Positions 19,546 through 30,187 of a stretch of 64,000 nucleotides of DNA are shown piece after piece (position 1 is the stretch's first letter; each line of letters opens with the position of its first letter). Source of the stretch: Bacteroidota bacterium (GTDB taxonomy: Bacteria > Bacteroidota > Bacteroidia > NS11-12g > UBA955); contig SYIL01000030.1 in the NCBI GenBank assembly GCA_005798825.1, forward strand, positions 17,798 to 81,797. Reading direction: 5' to 3'. Position numbers and translations under genes: made by a program. The notes under the pieces are model-generated. The model was given only the letters and a program-made list of their open reading frames with translations. It was not told where the DNA came from and did no database searches.

Positions 19546-20954
19546 TACCCTTTCAAGAAATAGGATATCTTATCGGATCGGTAAGTTTTGTGCTGGGTTT
19601 AAAAATGATGGGTCAGCCCGACTCGGCGCGAAAGGGAAATTTGGTAGCTGCATTTGGTATGGGGATGGCGGTTATAGCAGCTTTGCTATTTGATGAAAAG
19701 GGATACCATGTAATTAACAATATTGAATTTATTGTATTGGCCATTTTTTTGGGTACGCTTGTGGGAACAATTATTGCCAAAAGGGTTCAAATGACAGCCA
19801 TGCCTGAAATGGTAAGCTTATTTAATGGTATGGGTGGTTTGAGTGCGGCTTTAATATCCTTGATTGAATGGCGCCATCATGTGTCGATTGATCCTCCCGG
19901 TGGGGCATCGATGGAAATGGCCTTGTATATTCCTGTTATTGCGGGTTTGATTATAGGAACCATTTCTTTTGTGGGTTCGATTGTGGCTTGGGGAAAGTTG
20001 AATGGCAAAATTGGAGATTTTAGATTTCCCTCTCAGCAGGTTATCAACGCCATTGTGTTGGTCGCAATCCTTGTTACCGCCGCCTTAAACTACACAGAAT
20101 TTAATGCTTCACATTCTTCATTTTATTTCTATATAACCATTGCATTGGCTGTCATTTATGGCTTATTGTTTGTTTTCCCCATTGGTGGTGCGGATATGCC
20201 TGTGGTTATTTCATTGTTAAATTCTTTTACGGGTGTTGCTGCGGCGTGTGGGGGGTTTTTATACCACAATAAGGTAATGTTGATGGGTGGTGTTTTGGTG
20301 GGGTCTGCTGGAACTATATTAACCGTAATCATGTGCAAAGCAATGAATCGTTCATTGATGAATGTTTTGATAGGCATGGCTGGTGGTAATGGTGGTGGCA
20401 GTGCTACCAGTGCTTCGGGTGGCAGTGTGCGTGAAGTTCAAGCTTCAGATGTTGCTGTTATGCTCAAATACGCTGGCAAAGTAATCGTGGTTCCAGGATA
20501 TGGATTGGCAGTGGCCCAAGCCCAACATGCGTGCCACGAACTGGAGATTCTCCTCGAATCCGAAGGTGTTGATGTAAAGTATGCCATTCACCCTGTTGCA
20601 GGCCGAATGCCCGGACACATGAATGTTTTGTTGGCAGAAAGCAATGTAGAATATGATAAACTCATCGAAATGGAACACATTAATTCTGAGTTCGCCAGTA
20701 CCGATGTGGTTTTGGTTGTAGGCGCAAACGACGTCGTAAATCCTGCAGCCAAAACTGATCCAAGCAGTCCAATATTCGGCATGCCAATTCTCGAAGTAGA
20801 GCAAGCAAAACAAATTATTGTATTGAAACGGAGCATGAAAGCTGGATATGCAGGCATTGAAAACGAGCTCTTTTTTTTCCCAAAATGTGGAATGCTATTT
20901 GGTGATGCAAAAGCCAGTATTCAGAAACTGTTAAATGAGGTAAAATCACTCTAA
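19542..20954 (+). CDS. pntB: NAD(P) transhydrogenase subunit beta
   Basis: MTAMPEMV, IGGADMPVVISLLNS, PGYGLAVAQAQ, HPVAGRMPGHMNVLLAE. Confidence 0.97.
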   Translation: MIPFQEIGYLIGSVSFVLGLKMMGQPDSARKGNLVAAFGMGMAVIAALLFDEKGYHVINNIEFIVLAIFLGTLVGTIIAKRVQMTAMPEMVSLFNGMGGLSAALISLIEWRHHVSIDPPGGASMEMALYIPVIAGLIIGTISFVGSIVAWGKLNGKIGDFRFPSQQVINAIVLVAILVTAALNYTEFNASHSSFYFYITIALAVIYGLLFVFPIGGADMPVVISLLNSFTGVAAACGGFLYHNKVMLMGGVLVGSAGTILTVIMCKAMNRSLMNVLIGMAGGNGGGSATSASGGSVREVQASDVAVMLKYAGKVIVVPGYGLAVAQAQHACHELEILLESEGVDVKYAIHPVAGRMPGHMNVLLAESNVEYDKLIEMEHINSEFASTDVVLVVGANDVVNPAAKTDPSSPIFGMPILEVEQAKQIIVLKRSMKAGYAGIENELFFFPKCGMLFGDAKASIQKLLNEVKSL

Positions 20955-20972
20955 ACTATTTTTATACACACT

Positions 20973-23210
20973 GTGCGACAACTAAAAAATTCAGTTTGTT
21001 TTGTTTTGTTTACCTTGTGCAGTGCATTTTTGCTAGAAGCACAGGCATATCATATTCAAGACGTTCGCAATAGGGTATTGAATTTGAATGGGAATCCACG
21101 GGCTCTGAATCTACAGCCCGATGATGCCAATGAGTCAAACGGCTGGAAAAGATTGCTTTGGGACACATTAAACAAGGGCTATAGCCTTACAGATACCCTA
21201 CCATTTGATTTTAAATTGAGTGGGAATACGGAAAAGGTTTTTCGGGCCTCAAAAAATGGGATGATTACTTTTACAAAGGGTACTTTGCCAGGCGTTAATT
21301 ATTCAATCGTTAATGTAGATGATCCTCGCCTCCCCGAAAAGTCTATCATAGTTGGTGGAATACAGGCAAAATCTGACAATGATAGGATATTGGTGAAGGT
21401 GTTTGGGATAGCCCCCAATAGGCAATATTATATCAAATTTCAATCATTTTCTGTTTCTGCAGATACCAACCAGACTTTGGGCATGTATTCGTATACTTCC
21501 ATTGTATTGGAAGAGCAATCAAACCAAATACACATAGTGCAGATGGCCAGTGGCAGCGAGAGTAATACTAGCAACAGCCCCTTGCCAAAAATCATACACT
21601 GTGCAGGCATACACTTGGGGTCATTTGAATATTACTCGTTGGCAGACATTGGGGGTCAATACGATTATGATCAATCCAAGTCCAAGGCTTGTTCGGACAA
21701 TGAATACTGCACATTTGCACCCGGCGATTATTTCCCGATAGATGCTTCCTTAAAATCCCAATCGGTTGCTGCTCCCAATGGATTGTATTACCACAAAGCA
21801 GGTACAGATTTTTATTTTCAGGCCGATTTTACCAGACACGGGAGCCTTCTGAATGCCCATTTATTTGATGTTTATATTCAGGTAAATAACCAATTACCCC
21901 AAAAGGATACTATCCCCAGCGGATTGACGAACACCGATTACCGTAGATCGGCGTTGGCATTTAAGGTAAAACACAATTTTTTGGCCGGAGAAAGATTGAC
22001 AATCAAAGCATGGATTAAACAACGCAGTGGATTGCCTGACGGAGACCCAAGCAATGATACTTTAGAAACGCCACAGGATATTATTGTTCAAAATCAGTCT
22101 ACTGCAGAAATGGCCAACCCTTTGTTTGAATATTACACCGCAACATGGTGTCATGCCTGTCCGCGTGCCCATGAATTGATTGATTCGTTGTTGAAAAAGT
22201 CTGAATACAAAAATGTCATTGCACTTGCACAACACCAAAATGACAACATGGCGAATCAATGGTTACCCAGTGTTCCAGATAGCCTTCCGATAGCTTCAAT
22301 CAACCGAAATTTTGCTTCTAAGGATTCTTTTATCACCCCAAAGAATTTTGATTCCCGAATTAACGCTAGTCTCAAATCTTTTCCCAAACGGGTTGATATT
22401 CAAATTAACAATATCATTTTTAACGAAAAAAGACGCACCATTACTGGCCAGGTCTTGATAACGGCCAAAGAGTATTTGGCCAAAGAACAACTGCGAGTGG
22501 GCGCCATGTTAACAGAAGTCGATGTGCGGGGAATTGGAACCGGTTGGGACCAGTTTGTAGATGTTGCATTAACAAAAGACAGCCAATCTATTTATTTTGG
22601 CAAGAGTAAAGTTCTAACCGGTTACCACCACCATAACGTTTTTTGGACTGCAGATGGGGGTACCTTTGGCCATAAACCTTTCACCCTGCCGTCGGTGATG
22701 GAACCTGGTCAAACAACAACATGGAATTTTTCAGTAACCGTTCCCGATACCATTGTATCCAATACCATTCCCTTGTCTGCCGATTATGGTCCGAAAGGGG
22801 CTGGATATGTTCGTTACAAGCCTGCTGACTTTGGGATTGTGGCTTATGTATCAGATGATGTCATGTTGGGATTGTCCGAAACCAGAAATAGGGGCATTTT
22901 TACCTCAATGGTTTTAAATGCTACGCAGAAAAAAGTTTGGGATGTAAGTGCCAATACTCGGTATATTTCCCAAAAACAAGGATTATATCTTTTTCCCAAT
23001 CCAAGCAAAAACGCTGTTCAAGTTGTTGCCAAAGCGCCTATTCTGCATATCAGGGTCATGGATGCAATGGGAAGGCTTATTTTACATCCGCAGGGTGAAA
23101 ACCTGCATGAAATGAATTTAGATGTATCGACACTTGTCTCCGGTTGGTATATTGTTCAGGCATATACCAATGTGGGTATTTCAAGCAATCGCTTGGTGGT
23201 TCAGCATTAA
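20973..23210 (+). CDS. T9SS-secreted protein with an Omp28-like/thioredoxin-like CxxC domain
   Basis: Signal peptide; EYYTATWCHACP; later Y.HHNV motif; C-terminal LFPNPS...D..GR...LVSGWYIV sorting domain. Confidence 0.8.
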   Translation: MRQLKNSVCFVLFTLCSAFLLEAQAYHIQDVRNRVLNLNGNPRALNLQPDDANESNGWKRLLWDTLNKGYSLTDTLPFDFKLSGNTEKVFRASKNGMITFTKGTLPGVNYSIVNVDDPRLPEKSIIVGGIQAKSDNDRILVKVFGIAPNRQYYIKFQSFSVSADTNQTLGMYSYTSIVLEEQSNQIHIVQMASGSESNTSNSPLPKIIHCAGIHLGSFEYYSLADIGGQYDYDQSKSKACSDNEYCTFAPGDYFPIDASLKSQSVAAPNGLYYHKAGTDFYFQADFTRHGSLLNAHLFDVYIQVNNQLPQKDTIPSGLTNTDYRRSALAFKVKHNFLAGERLTIKAWIKQRSGLPDGDPSNDTLETPQDIIVQNQSTAEMANPLFEYYTATWCHACPRAHELIDSLLKKSEYKNVIALAQHQNDNMANQWLPSVPDSLPIASINRNFASKDSFITPKNFDSRINASLKSFPKRVDIQINNIIFNEKRRTITGQVLITAKEYLAKEQLRVGAMLTEVDVRGIGTGWDQFVDVALTKDSQSIYFGKSKVLTGYHHHNVFWTADGGTFGHKPFTLPSVMEPGQTTTWNFSVTVPDTIVSNTIPLSADYGPKGAGYVRYKPADFGIVAYVSDDVMLGLSETRNRGIFTSMVLNATQKKVWDVSANTRYISQKQGLYLFPNPSKNAVQVVAKAPILHIRVMDAMGRLILHPQGENLHEMNLDVSTLVSGWYIVQAYTNVGISSNRLVVQH

Positions 23211-25238
23211 TCAATCACCCGATAAACTGCAAACATCCAATACAATTTCCAGGGCTTCTTTTGTTGTGGAAACCCCGCGATAACAGGTATTTGCCACGCA
23301 AGGTATTATATGGCATAATTCTGTATTCTCTGCGAATTGAACTACTGTCCATGAAGGAAGTTTAGATGCCATTTCACAAATATCATTGGGGGGAATTCCT
23401 TCTCCTTCGATTCGAATGTGTATCCCGCCCAAAGTATGTGCTTGAGCCAATCGAGCCCAATTAAAATACCAACCCGGATTTTCAATCATGTTTTGTTGAA
23501 CTTGTTTTGCCAATACTTTTGCCAAATGCAGGTATTCAATGTTGTTTCTAATGGTTCCCAATTGAAATAAACAATGAGCCAAAATTCCATTGGGAGAAGG
23601 AATTACATCGTCGGTGTAATCACTTTTCCGAATGATTAAAGTTTCTCCATTGATTGGGGTAAAAGCAAGTTGTTGTGTTTCAGAATTATAGAAAAGGACG
23701 ATGGCTTTTGCAATAAGTTGCTCGGCTCGAATCAAACAATACTCACTTTTAACTCGAACATACAGGGCCAAATATCCTTCGCATAAGCAGGCATAATCTT
23801 CTAAGAATCCTCCAATTTTAGTATGTCCTAGGCAATGAATTCTATACAGTTGATCTTCTTTCCAAAAGGTATCCCATATCCAGTGACCCAGTTCTTCGGC
23901 TTTGTTGGTAAAATGTATATCTTCGAGATAAAAGGCCGCATTTGCAAGGGCTTTTAACATCAGTCCGTTCCATGCACAGATCGCCTTATTGTCAAAGATG
24001 GGCCGTATGCGTGCATCTTGGATAGACCGCAATTTTTGTTTGATTTCAGACAATCTGGAATGATAAGTTGAGACATCTAAACCGCTCGACGCCAATACTT
24101 GAAGGGGAGCCATTGCTTGGTGCAAAATGTTGTAACCATGCTCCCAATTTCCTTCTTTTGTGATTCCAAATTGAATCGTAGCCAATGCCAATTCATCTTC
24201 ACTCAGGCAAGTTAACAATGTATCATAAGTAAAGACATAGAATTTTCCTTCAATTCCCTCGCTGTCTGCATCCAATGCCGAACCAAAACCACCCAAAGGC
24301 AATTGAAGTTCCCGCAAGCAAAAATCAATGGTATCTCTTGCAATCGTTTCATAAACTGGCGCTTTTGACCATGCAAATGCTCGTGCGTAGAGCGATATTA
24401 ATTGTGCATTGTCATATAGCATTTTTTCGAAATGCGGGGCAAACCATCGGCTATCGGTGCTATACCGGCAAAATCCCCCGCGGAGTGCATCATAAATTCC
24501 CCCATTACTCATTTTTAATAAACTCAAATGCAAAAAGTCTTTTGCGCTTTCATCACCACTCAAAAGGTGGTGGTCGAGTACAAATTCATAGTGCCCTGGA
24601 AGGGGAAACTTAGGGCATCGATTGCTACCACCTTCAACCCAATCAAATTGACTAGACAGGGTTTGATACATTTCCAAGAGTTGAATGCGGCTGATATTTT
24701 CTGTCGTCTGTGAAACGATACTTGTCGCATTTCGTTTTTCGAGTTGTTCAAATACACGGGTGGCATATTCTTGGGTTGAACTGGGATTTTCAGAGTGCAC
24801 AGCAGCCAGCTGAATGACAATTTCTTGCCACTGGAGTTTTGGGAAATAGGTACCGGCATAAATTGGTCGCCCATCGGGCAGGCAAATTACATTCAATGGC
24901 CATCCACCTCGGCCAGTTATTAATTGGCATGCATCCATATAAACCATATCAATATCTGGACGTTCTTCCCGATCAACCTTAATACTAATGAGGTTTGAGT
25001 TCATGATATTTGCTGTTTCAAGGTCTTCAAAAGATTCGTGTTCCATTACATGACACCAATGACAGGTACTATAACCAATGCTTACCAAAACAAGTAAATT
25101 TTCATCAGTGGCCATTTGCCAAGTTTTGGCTTCCCATTGCTGCCATTCAACGGGATTGTTGGCATGCTGCAACAGATAAGGGCTATTGCTGTGGATCAGA
25201 TTGTTCATTCTGTTGCTGTTTTGTTCCAAATTTTTCAT
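23211..25238 (-). CDS. Thioredoxin-domain / six-hairpin protein (YyaL/SSP411, DUF255 family)
   Basis: SPYLLQHANNPVEW, SIGYSTCHWCHVMEHESFE, KVDREERPDID, GGWPLN, PHFEKMLYDNAQL, DADSEG. Confidence 0.93.
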   Translation of the reverse strand: MKNLEQNSNRMNNLIHSNSPYLLQHANNPVEWQQWEAKTWQMATDENLLVLVSIGYSTCHWCHVMEHESFEDLETANIMNSNLISIKVDREERPDIDMVYMDACQLITGRGGWPLNVICLPDGRPIYAGTYFPKLQWQEIVIQLAAVHSENPSSTQEYATRVFEQLEKRNATSIVSQTTENISRIQLLEMYQTLSSQFDWVEGGSNRCPKFPLPGHYEFVLDHHLLSGDESAKDFLHLSLLKMSNGGIYDALRGGFCRYSTDSRWFAPHFEKMLYDNAQLISLYARAFAWSKAPVYETIARDTIDFCLRELQLPLGGFGSALDADSEGIEGKFYVFTYDTLLTCLSEDELALATIQFGITKEGNWEHGYNILHQAMAPLQVLASSGLDVSTYHSRLSEIKQKLRSIQDARIRPIFDNKAICAWNGLMLKALANAAFYLEDIHFTNKAEELGHWIWDTFWKEDQLYRIHCLGHTKIGGFLEDYACLCEGYLALYVRVKSEYCLIRAEQLIAKAIVLFYNSETQQLAFTPINGETLIIRKSDYTDDVIPSPNGILAHCLFQLGTIRNNIEYLHLAKVLAKQVQQNMIENPGWYFNWARLAQAHTLGGIHIRIEGEGIPPNDICEMASKLPSWTVVQFAENTELCHIIPCVANTCYRGVSTTKEALEIVLDVCSLSGD

Positions 25239-25364
25239 TGTGGGAGAAGTTTTCCTTTTTTGGATAATAGCGAAGGGTTATAGGCTTTGTAATTAATCGA
25301 AATGAAAGGGATTCTATGGCTATTTAAGATATTTAATAACACGGGATTTGTACCTTTGTTTGCC

Positions 25365-25892
25365 ATGATAAAAAGCTTGCTCAAATGTCGTAAGTGTTTA
25401 TTGATTCTCCTCATATCGGTGGGGCTAATTCCCTTAAAATCTCAAAATGTTGTTTTGAGCGATAGTATTAATTTGTATTTTGATTCGAAAGAACAGGCCT
25501 TAGATACCCTCATAAGTTGGGTGTTACAACGGTCACCAAAAATGAATTTCGGACATCTTCCCAAGCCATTATTCGAGGAGCAATGGCATAAGCATGACAG
25601 TTTAACGGCCATACAATTGATCGATGGATATTGGCTTACCCATCAATTCAAGTTTAAAAAGTCGGTTTTGAAAATGAAAAAAGAATTAAAAAAAACCAAA
25701 ATAAATTTTAAGCAGGTGCAAATTATGCCTGAACCCCGAACCATTTTGAGTGTTGCTGGTGATGGGATTTCAAAATACGAATACAAAGCCAAATTTAAGA
25801 AGCTTCAGTTTATATTCTCATTTTATCTGTGGTGGATTGATGAAAAAGGTTATTGGGTTAATGAGATTGCCTGGGCAAGCAGACCAAACTAG
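25365..25892 (+). CDS. Hypothetical exported protein; start revised to ATG 25365
   Basis: Signal-like N-terminus; -7 box TACCTTTG at 25351-25358. Confidence 0.6.
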   Translation: MIKSLLKCRKCLLILLISVGLIPLKSQNVVLSDSINLYFDSKEQALDTLISWVLQRSPKMNFGHLPKPLFEEQWHKHDSLTAIQLIDGYWLTHQFKFKKSVLKMKKELKKTKINFKQVQIMPEPRTILSVAGDGISKYEYKAKFKKLQFIFSFYLWWIDEKGYWVNEIAWASRPN

Positions 25893-26033
25893 CGGGAACA
25901 ATTTTTGGCAAGCAGACCAGAAACGCTGTGGTCATGATTCGATAAGTGCAGGGGTTGTCCGGGCTCTATGTATGATTTTTTTAATTGAACCATACGATTT
26001 AGTTGGGTAGTTGCAGAAACAAGGATTCTGGAT

Positions 26034-26078
26034 TTTGCATCCAAAGATTTGCATCCAAAGATTTGCATCCAAAGATTT
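26034..26078. repeat. Tandem repeat (TTTGCATCCAAAGA) x3 plus a partial copy
   Basis: Three exact 14-bp copies in the intergenic region. Confidence 0.95.
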
Positions 26079-26157
26079 TAAGAAGGGGAGTTGTAGGTTT
26101 TACAAAGTTTTAGAATTGAGGCAGCAATCAGCCCCAAGTGGTTGAGTACTGTCCCAG

Positions 26158-26934
26158 TCAATATAAATTCCAGTTTTGGAGTGATACCTGTTTTTCGATC
26201 TTTGTTTCCTGAGAATCGCTAAGCCTCGGGAAAAAATCTAGGCCAGTAATTTTTTCCACCTCATCAATACTGAGGGCAAAGTGCTTGAGTGGGAGCGTGG
26301 AAGACACATTTTCTAGCACAAAACCGATGGCACGCATGGGCGCAGCAGTATCTAGAATTACTTTAAAAAAACGTTTTGGCACAGAGATACTGCATGTTTT
26401 TCCGATGTGGGTATTGAGGTTGTCGGTGAGAATTGGGCCTGTAACCAAAAAAAGAGGATGAGAGCTAGGTGCCCATGAACGGCATTGTTCTTCTAACTTT
26501 TTCCATATACCCCGATTGAATCCGGGCAATTGGGGTGAAATATTACTCATATAAAAAGATTCTAACATGGCTTTTTCTGAGAATTTCATATCTCCTGCAG
26601 GTGCAAGATGTCCGCGGTCGTAACCTGTTTTCGTAAAGTCTGAAGTGAGGGCAGTAGATGGGAATATGGATGGGTCTACTAAGAATTTTCGGCTTCTTTC
26701 AGCACTGCCGTTTATATTGAATAGAGATAATTCGTAGGCTACCCATTTGGATTGCATGTGTTTGTGGCTATACACTAAACTAAAGGCGGTGTGTTGTATA
26801 ACCCTTTCTTTTTCGGCTACTGAGGGCCATGACCAAGGATGTGGGAATTGATTTCTTTGGGCAGAGATAAGAAAAAATCCCAAACAGAAGATAGAGGCTA
26901 TAAAAAACTTCGCGGCGATTGGTTTTTTGTTCAT
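26158..26934 (-). CDS. Secreted DNA/RNA non-specific endonuclease (NucA/EndoG beta-beta-alpha-Me family)
   Basis: GYDRGHLAPAGD, SFYMSNISPQ...FNRGIWK.LE, VPKRFFKV; N-terminal signal peptide. Confidence 0.93.
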   Translation of the reverse strand: MNKKPIAAKFFIASIFCLGFFLISAQRNQFPHPWSWPSVAEKERVIQHTAFSLVYSHKHMQSKWVAYELSLFNINGSAERSRKFLVDPSIFPSTALTSDFTKTGYDRGHLAPAGDMKFSEKAMLESFYMSNISPQLPGFNRGIWKKLEEQCRSWAPSSHPLFLVTGPILTDNLNTHIGKTCSISVPKRFFKVILDTAAPMRAIGFVLENVSSTLPLKHFALSIDEVEKITGLDFFPRLSDSQETKIEKQVSLQNWNLY

Positions 26935-27054
26935 TCTGCTTGGTCAGATGTTGGGATTATATGAATTGGCTGATTGGGTTTTTGGGTGGTTCATTTGATT
27001 TGGATGGAACATGGTTTCCAAACACAGGCGCAAGGTTCTTTTGAAATCAATGCT

Positions 27055-28065
27055 CTAAGATAGTATTTTTCGCACGATGAGTGGACCTACATAAATAAAT
27101 CCTGTATACAGTTGAACCAAACTAGCGCCACGTGAAATCTTTTCGTTATAATCTTTTTTGTTGAATACCCCGCCCACACCAATCAAAGGAATAGTTCCAG
27201 CCAATTCTGTAGACAATAATTCCAAAATAGTATTGCTCGACTCGAAAATAGGTCGTCCACTCAGACCACCAGCGCCCATTTTGGCTATTTTTTTGGGATT
27301 TGTTTTTAAATTGGTACGCCCGATAGTGGTATTGGTGGCGATGACGCCGTCTACTTTTGCCTTTTTGATGCTAACTACCAGTGAATGAATTTGCAATGGG
27401 CTCAAATCGGGTGCAATTTTCAATAAAATCGGTTTCCAAACATTTTTTCGGCTTCTTATTTGCTGTAATATTGCAAAAAGTTCTGTGATGAATTTGTCTT
27501 CCTGTAGGTCTCTCAAACCAGGGGTATTGGGGGAAGAAATATTTACAACCAAGTAGTCTACATAATCGTAAATAGCTGAAAAGGCAATGGTATAATCGTT
27601 TTGGGCATTCTCGTTGGGGGTATTCTTATTTTTACCAATATTTCCTCCTACAACCAATCCACTAGGCCTGCGTTTTAATCTTTCTACCAAGGCTTCTACA
27701 CCATCATTGTTAAAACCCATTCTGTTTATAAGAGCATTGTCTTTGGGCAAGCGAAACAATCTGGGTTTTGGATTTCCGGGTTGTGGCTCAGGTGTAACAG
27801 TACCAATTTCAACGTGTCCAAATCCTAAATCTTTTAATAGCGACAGCCATTTGGCATTTTTGTCAAATCCCGCTGCCAATCCCAGGGTGTTGGGAAATTC
27901 AATCCCAGCAAAAACTACAGTCTTTGGCTCGGTTGGGAGGAACCCTTTTTTTATCCAATAACCAAGAAAAGGGATTTTCAGTATAATGTATAAACTTCGC
28001 AATGCAAATACATGAACCAATTCAGGAGGCAACAAAAAAAAGAGGAATTTTAGCAATCTATACAT
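27055..28065 (-). CDS. pyrD: Dihydroorotate dehydrogenase (quinone), class 2
   Basis: GLAAGFDKN, NRMGFNN, NISSPNTPGLR, KIAPD, TNTT, GGLSG. Confidence 0.97.
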   Translation of the reverse strand: MYRLLKFLFFLLPPELVHVFALRSLYIILKIPFLGYWIKKGFLPTEPKTVVFAGIEFPNTLGLAAGFDKNAKWLSLLKDLGFGHVEIGTVTPEPQPGNPKPRLFRLPKDNALINRMGFNNDGVEALVERLKRRPSGLVVGGNIGKNKNTPNENAQNDYTIAFSAIYDYVDYLVVNISSPNTPGLRDLQEDKFITELFAILQQIRSRKNVWKPILLKIAPDLSPLQIHSLVVSIKKAKVDGVIATNTTIGRTNLKTNPKKIAKMGAGGLSGRPIFESSNTILELLSTELAGTIPLIGVGGVFNKKDYNEKISRGASLVQLYTGFIYVGPLIVRKILS

Positions 28066-28131
28066 ATTTGTTTAGCTTCGGTATAAGTGGCGATGCCTTG
28101 TTGAATTATATTGGACAGAAAGTAATATTGC

Positions 28132-29631
28132 TTAGTGTTTAAAATGGCGTATGCCTGTAAAAACCATTGTTAAATCATTGGCATTGCAGTAATCAATAGA
28201 AGCTTGGTCTTTGATACTTCCACCGGGCTGAATCACAGCTTTTATGCCGGATTTATCGGCAATTTCAACACAATCAGGGAAGGGGAAGAAGGCATCACTT
28301 GCCATTACAGCACCCTCGAGATCAAATCCAAAACGATTGGCTTTTTCAATTGCCTGTTGCAGGGCATCCACCCGAGAGGTTTGTCCAGTTCCACTGGCCA
28401 GTAGTTGGTTGTTTTTTACCAAAACGATGGTATTGCTTTTGGTCTGTTTGACCAATTTTAACGCAAATTCTAAATCGTTAAATTGCGATTCTGTCGGTTG
28501 AAGTTTGGTCACTGAAACCATGTTTGTTTTCAATTCAGTTATGGTATCTCTGTCTTGAATCAAAGTGCCATTGAGAGCGGTGCGAACCATCGGTGTAACA
28601 AATCCAGTATCATCAACCATCTCCAATACAATGCGATGGGTTTTTATTTTTAATAATTCCAATGCAGCAGTCTCGTATTTTGGGGCAATCAGAACCTCAA
28701 AAAAAAGTTCGTTGATTTCTTTTGCCGCAGCCAAATCAATGGGGTGGTTGCAAGCCAGAACGCCGCCAAAAGCACTTACTGGGTCACAGGATAGAGCATC
28801 TGTCCATGCTTCTAGAACTGTATTTCTTGTTGCAACACCGCAGGCATTATTGTGTTTTACGATGACAAATGTACACCCTGTACTTGTCTTAAATTCATTA
28901 AGCAACGCAAGTGTGCTATCGACATCCAGTAAATTATTATAACTTAATTCTTTGCCTTGATGTTTGGTAAAAATGGCTTCCAAGTTTCCAGTGAAATAAC
29001 CTTCTTGGTGGGGATTTTCTCCGTAACGGAGGGTATAGGTTTTTTTTTCACTAAACCAATCAGCAATCAATGTATCGTATTTTGCAGTGATGGCGAAAGC
29101 CTCAGCCGCAAATTGTCTGCGTTGCGCCAAGGTAATTGATCCATCGCCTGAGTTAAATGCATCCAAAAAAGCAGCATATTGATTTTTATGACCGACAATG
29201 GTTGTGTGCAAATGATTCTTTGCCGCTGCGCGAATCAATGATACACCCCCAATATCAATTTTCTCGATAATATCTTGGGCAGTTCCACCCCCATGGATTG
29301 TCTCTGCAAAAGGATATAGGTCAACAAGCAGTAAATCAAATAAAGGGATAGCATACTGGGCAATTTCTTCCCTATCCATTAACAACTCTCTTCGCGCCAG
29401 AATTCCTCCGAATATTTTGGGGTGCAAAGTTTTTACCCTACCCCCTAAAATACTGGGATATCCGGTAATATCTTCAATTGCAATACAGGGAATCCCCATG
29501 TCCTCAATGAATTTACGAGTTCCGCCAGTGGAGTAAATGGCAACATTTTTCTGGTGAAGAGCCAAAACAATTGCTTCGAGCCCATCCTTGTAAAAAACCG
29601 AAATTAGGGCTGATTGAATACTTGAAATCAC
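28132..29631 (-). CDS. purH: Bifunctional AICAR formyltransferase / IMP cyclohydrolase
   Basis: ALISVFYK, GGRVKTLHP, IDIGG, LRYGENPHQ, ASDAFFPF, QPGGS, RHFKH. Confidence 0.98.
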   Translation of the reverse strand: MISSIQSALISVFYKDGLEAIVLALHQKNVAIYSTGGTRKFIEDMGIPCIAIEDITGYPSILGGRVKTLHPKIFGGILARRELLMDREEIAQYAIPLFDLLLVDLYPFAETIHGGGTAQDIIEKIDIGGVSLIRAAAKNHLHTTIVGHKNQYAAFLDAFNSGDGSITLAQRRQFAAEAFAITAKYDTLIADWFSEKKTYTLRYGENPHQEGYFTGNLEAIFTKHQGKELSYNNLLDVDSTLALLNEFKTSTGCTFVIVKHNNACGVATRNTVLEAWTDALSCDPVSAFGGVLACNHPIDLAAAKEINELFFEVLIAPKYETAALELLKIKTHRIVLEMVDDTGFVTPMVRTALNGTLIQDRDTITELKTNMVSVTKLQPTESQFNDLEFALKLVKQTKSNTIVLVKNNQLLASGTGQTSRVDALQQAIEKANRFGFDLEGAVMASDAFFPFPDCVEIADKSGIKAVIQPGGSIKDQASIDYCNANDLTMVFTGIRHFKH

Positions 29632-29869
29632 AGGCGAAAATTACAACACAGAATGCGACTCAAAAGGGGAAAGTTGAATAAGTTTGCCATAAGTTTTTCA
29701 CAAAACTATACTCACAAACAAAAGGCGAGACAATGGCAACGATTTTCTAGGGTAAAGCTGAATCAGGTACCATGATTTTGAGTCCCGACCAAACGGTCCC
29801 CAATTTAGATGAACGGCATGAGGGTATTTCGAACAAGGGTCAATCCAATCGTTTCGGAAATTTTAATTG

Positions 29870-30073
29870 TTATATCTCAGGCAAGGGGGGGCTGATGTCT
29901 GCATCCAATTGTTTACCATAGGCAATGTATTTGGGAGTGAATGGACAATGTCTGCAGCCACTACCGCAGCAGTATCCGCGTTTTTTGTGGAAGTCGGCTG
30001 TAAAAACCGTAAAACCATTTTCTGTGTAGAAATCAGATTTCGGCGCGGGCTTATTTTTGTGTGAGTGACGCAT
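29870..30073 (-). CDS. Small Cys-rich protein (DUF5522-like)
   Basis: DFY.ENG..VFT..FH.KRGYCCGSGCRHCPF motif. Confidence 0.8.
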   Translation of the reverse strand: MRHSHKNKPAPKSDFYTENGFTVFTADFHKKRGYCCGSGCRHCPFTPKYIAYGKQLDADISPPLPEI

Positions 30074-30187
30074 ACTGTAACTGAGCGATTACACCCAGAG
30101 CCAATTTGGGTTCTTGTATTCTGTAAAGAAGAACGCAAGACATAGTAACCCTATAAAGATTTTGTCCAAGGGTTTGAATGATTCGTA

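Noticed and set aside
26034..26078. CRISPR array
   Set aside because: The 14-bp units are contiguous with no spacers, and no cas genes are present.
26158..26934. Nuclease as part of a defence or toxin-immunity system
   Set aside because: It is an ordinary signal-peptide NucA-type enzyme next to pyrD, with no coupled immunity or defence genes. Nutrient scavenging is the simpler explanation.
29632..29869. ZTP (pfl) riboswitch upstream of purH
   Set aside because: I could not find the conserved ZTP motif elements on the minus strand. An Infernal/Rfam scan would be decisive.
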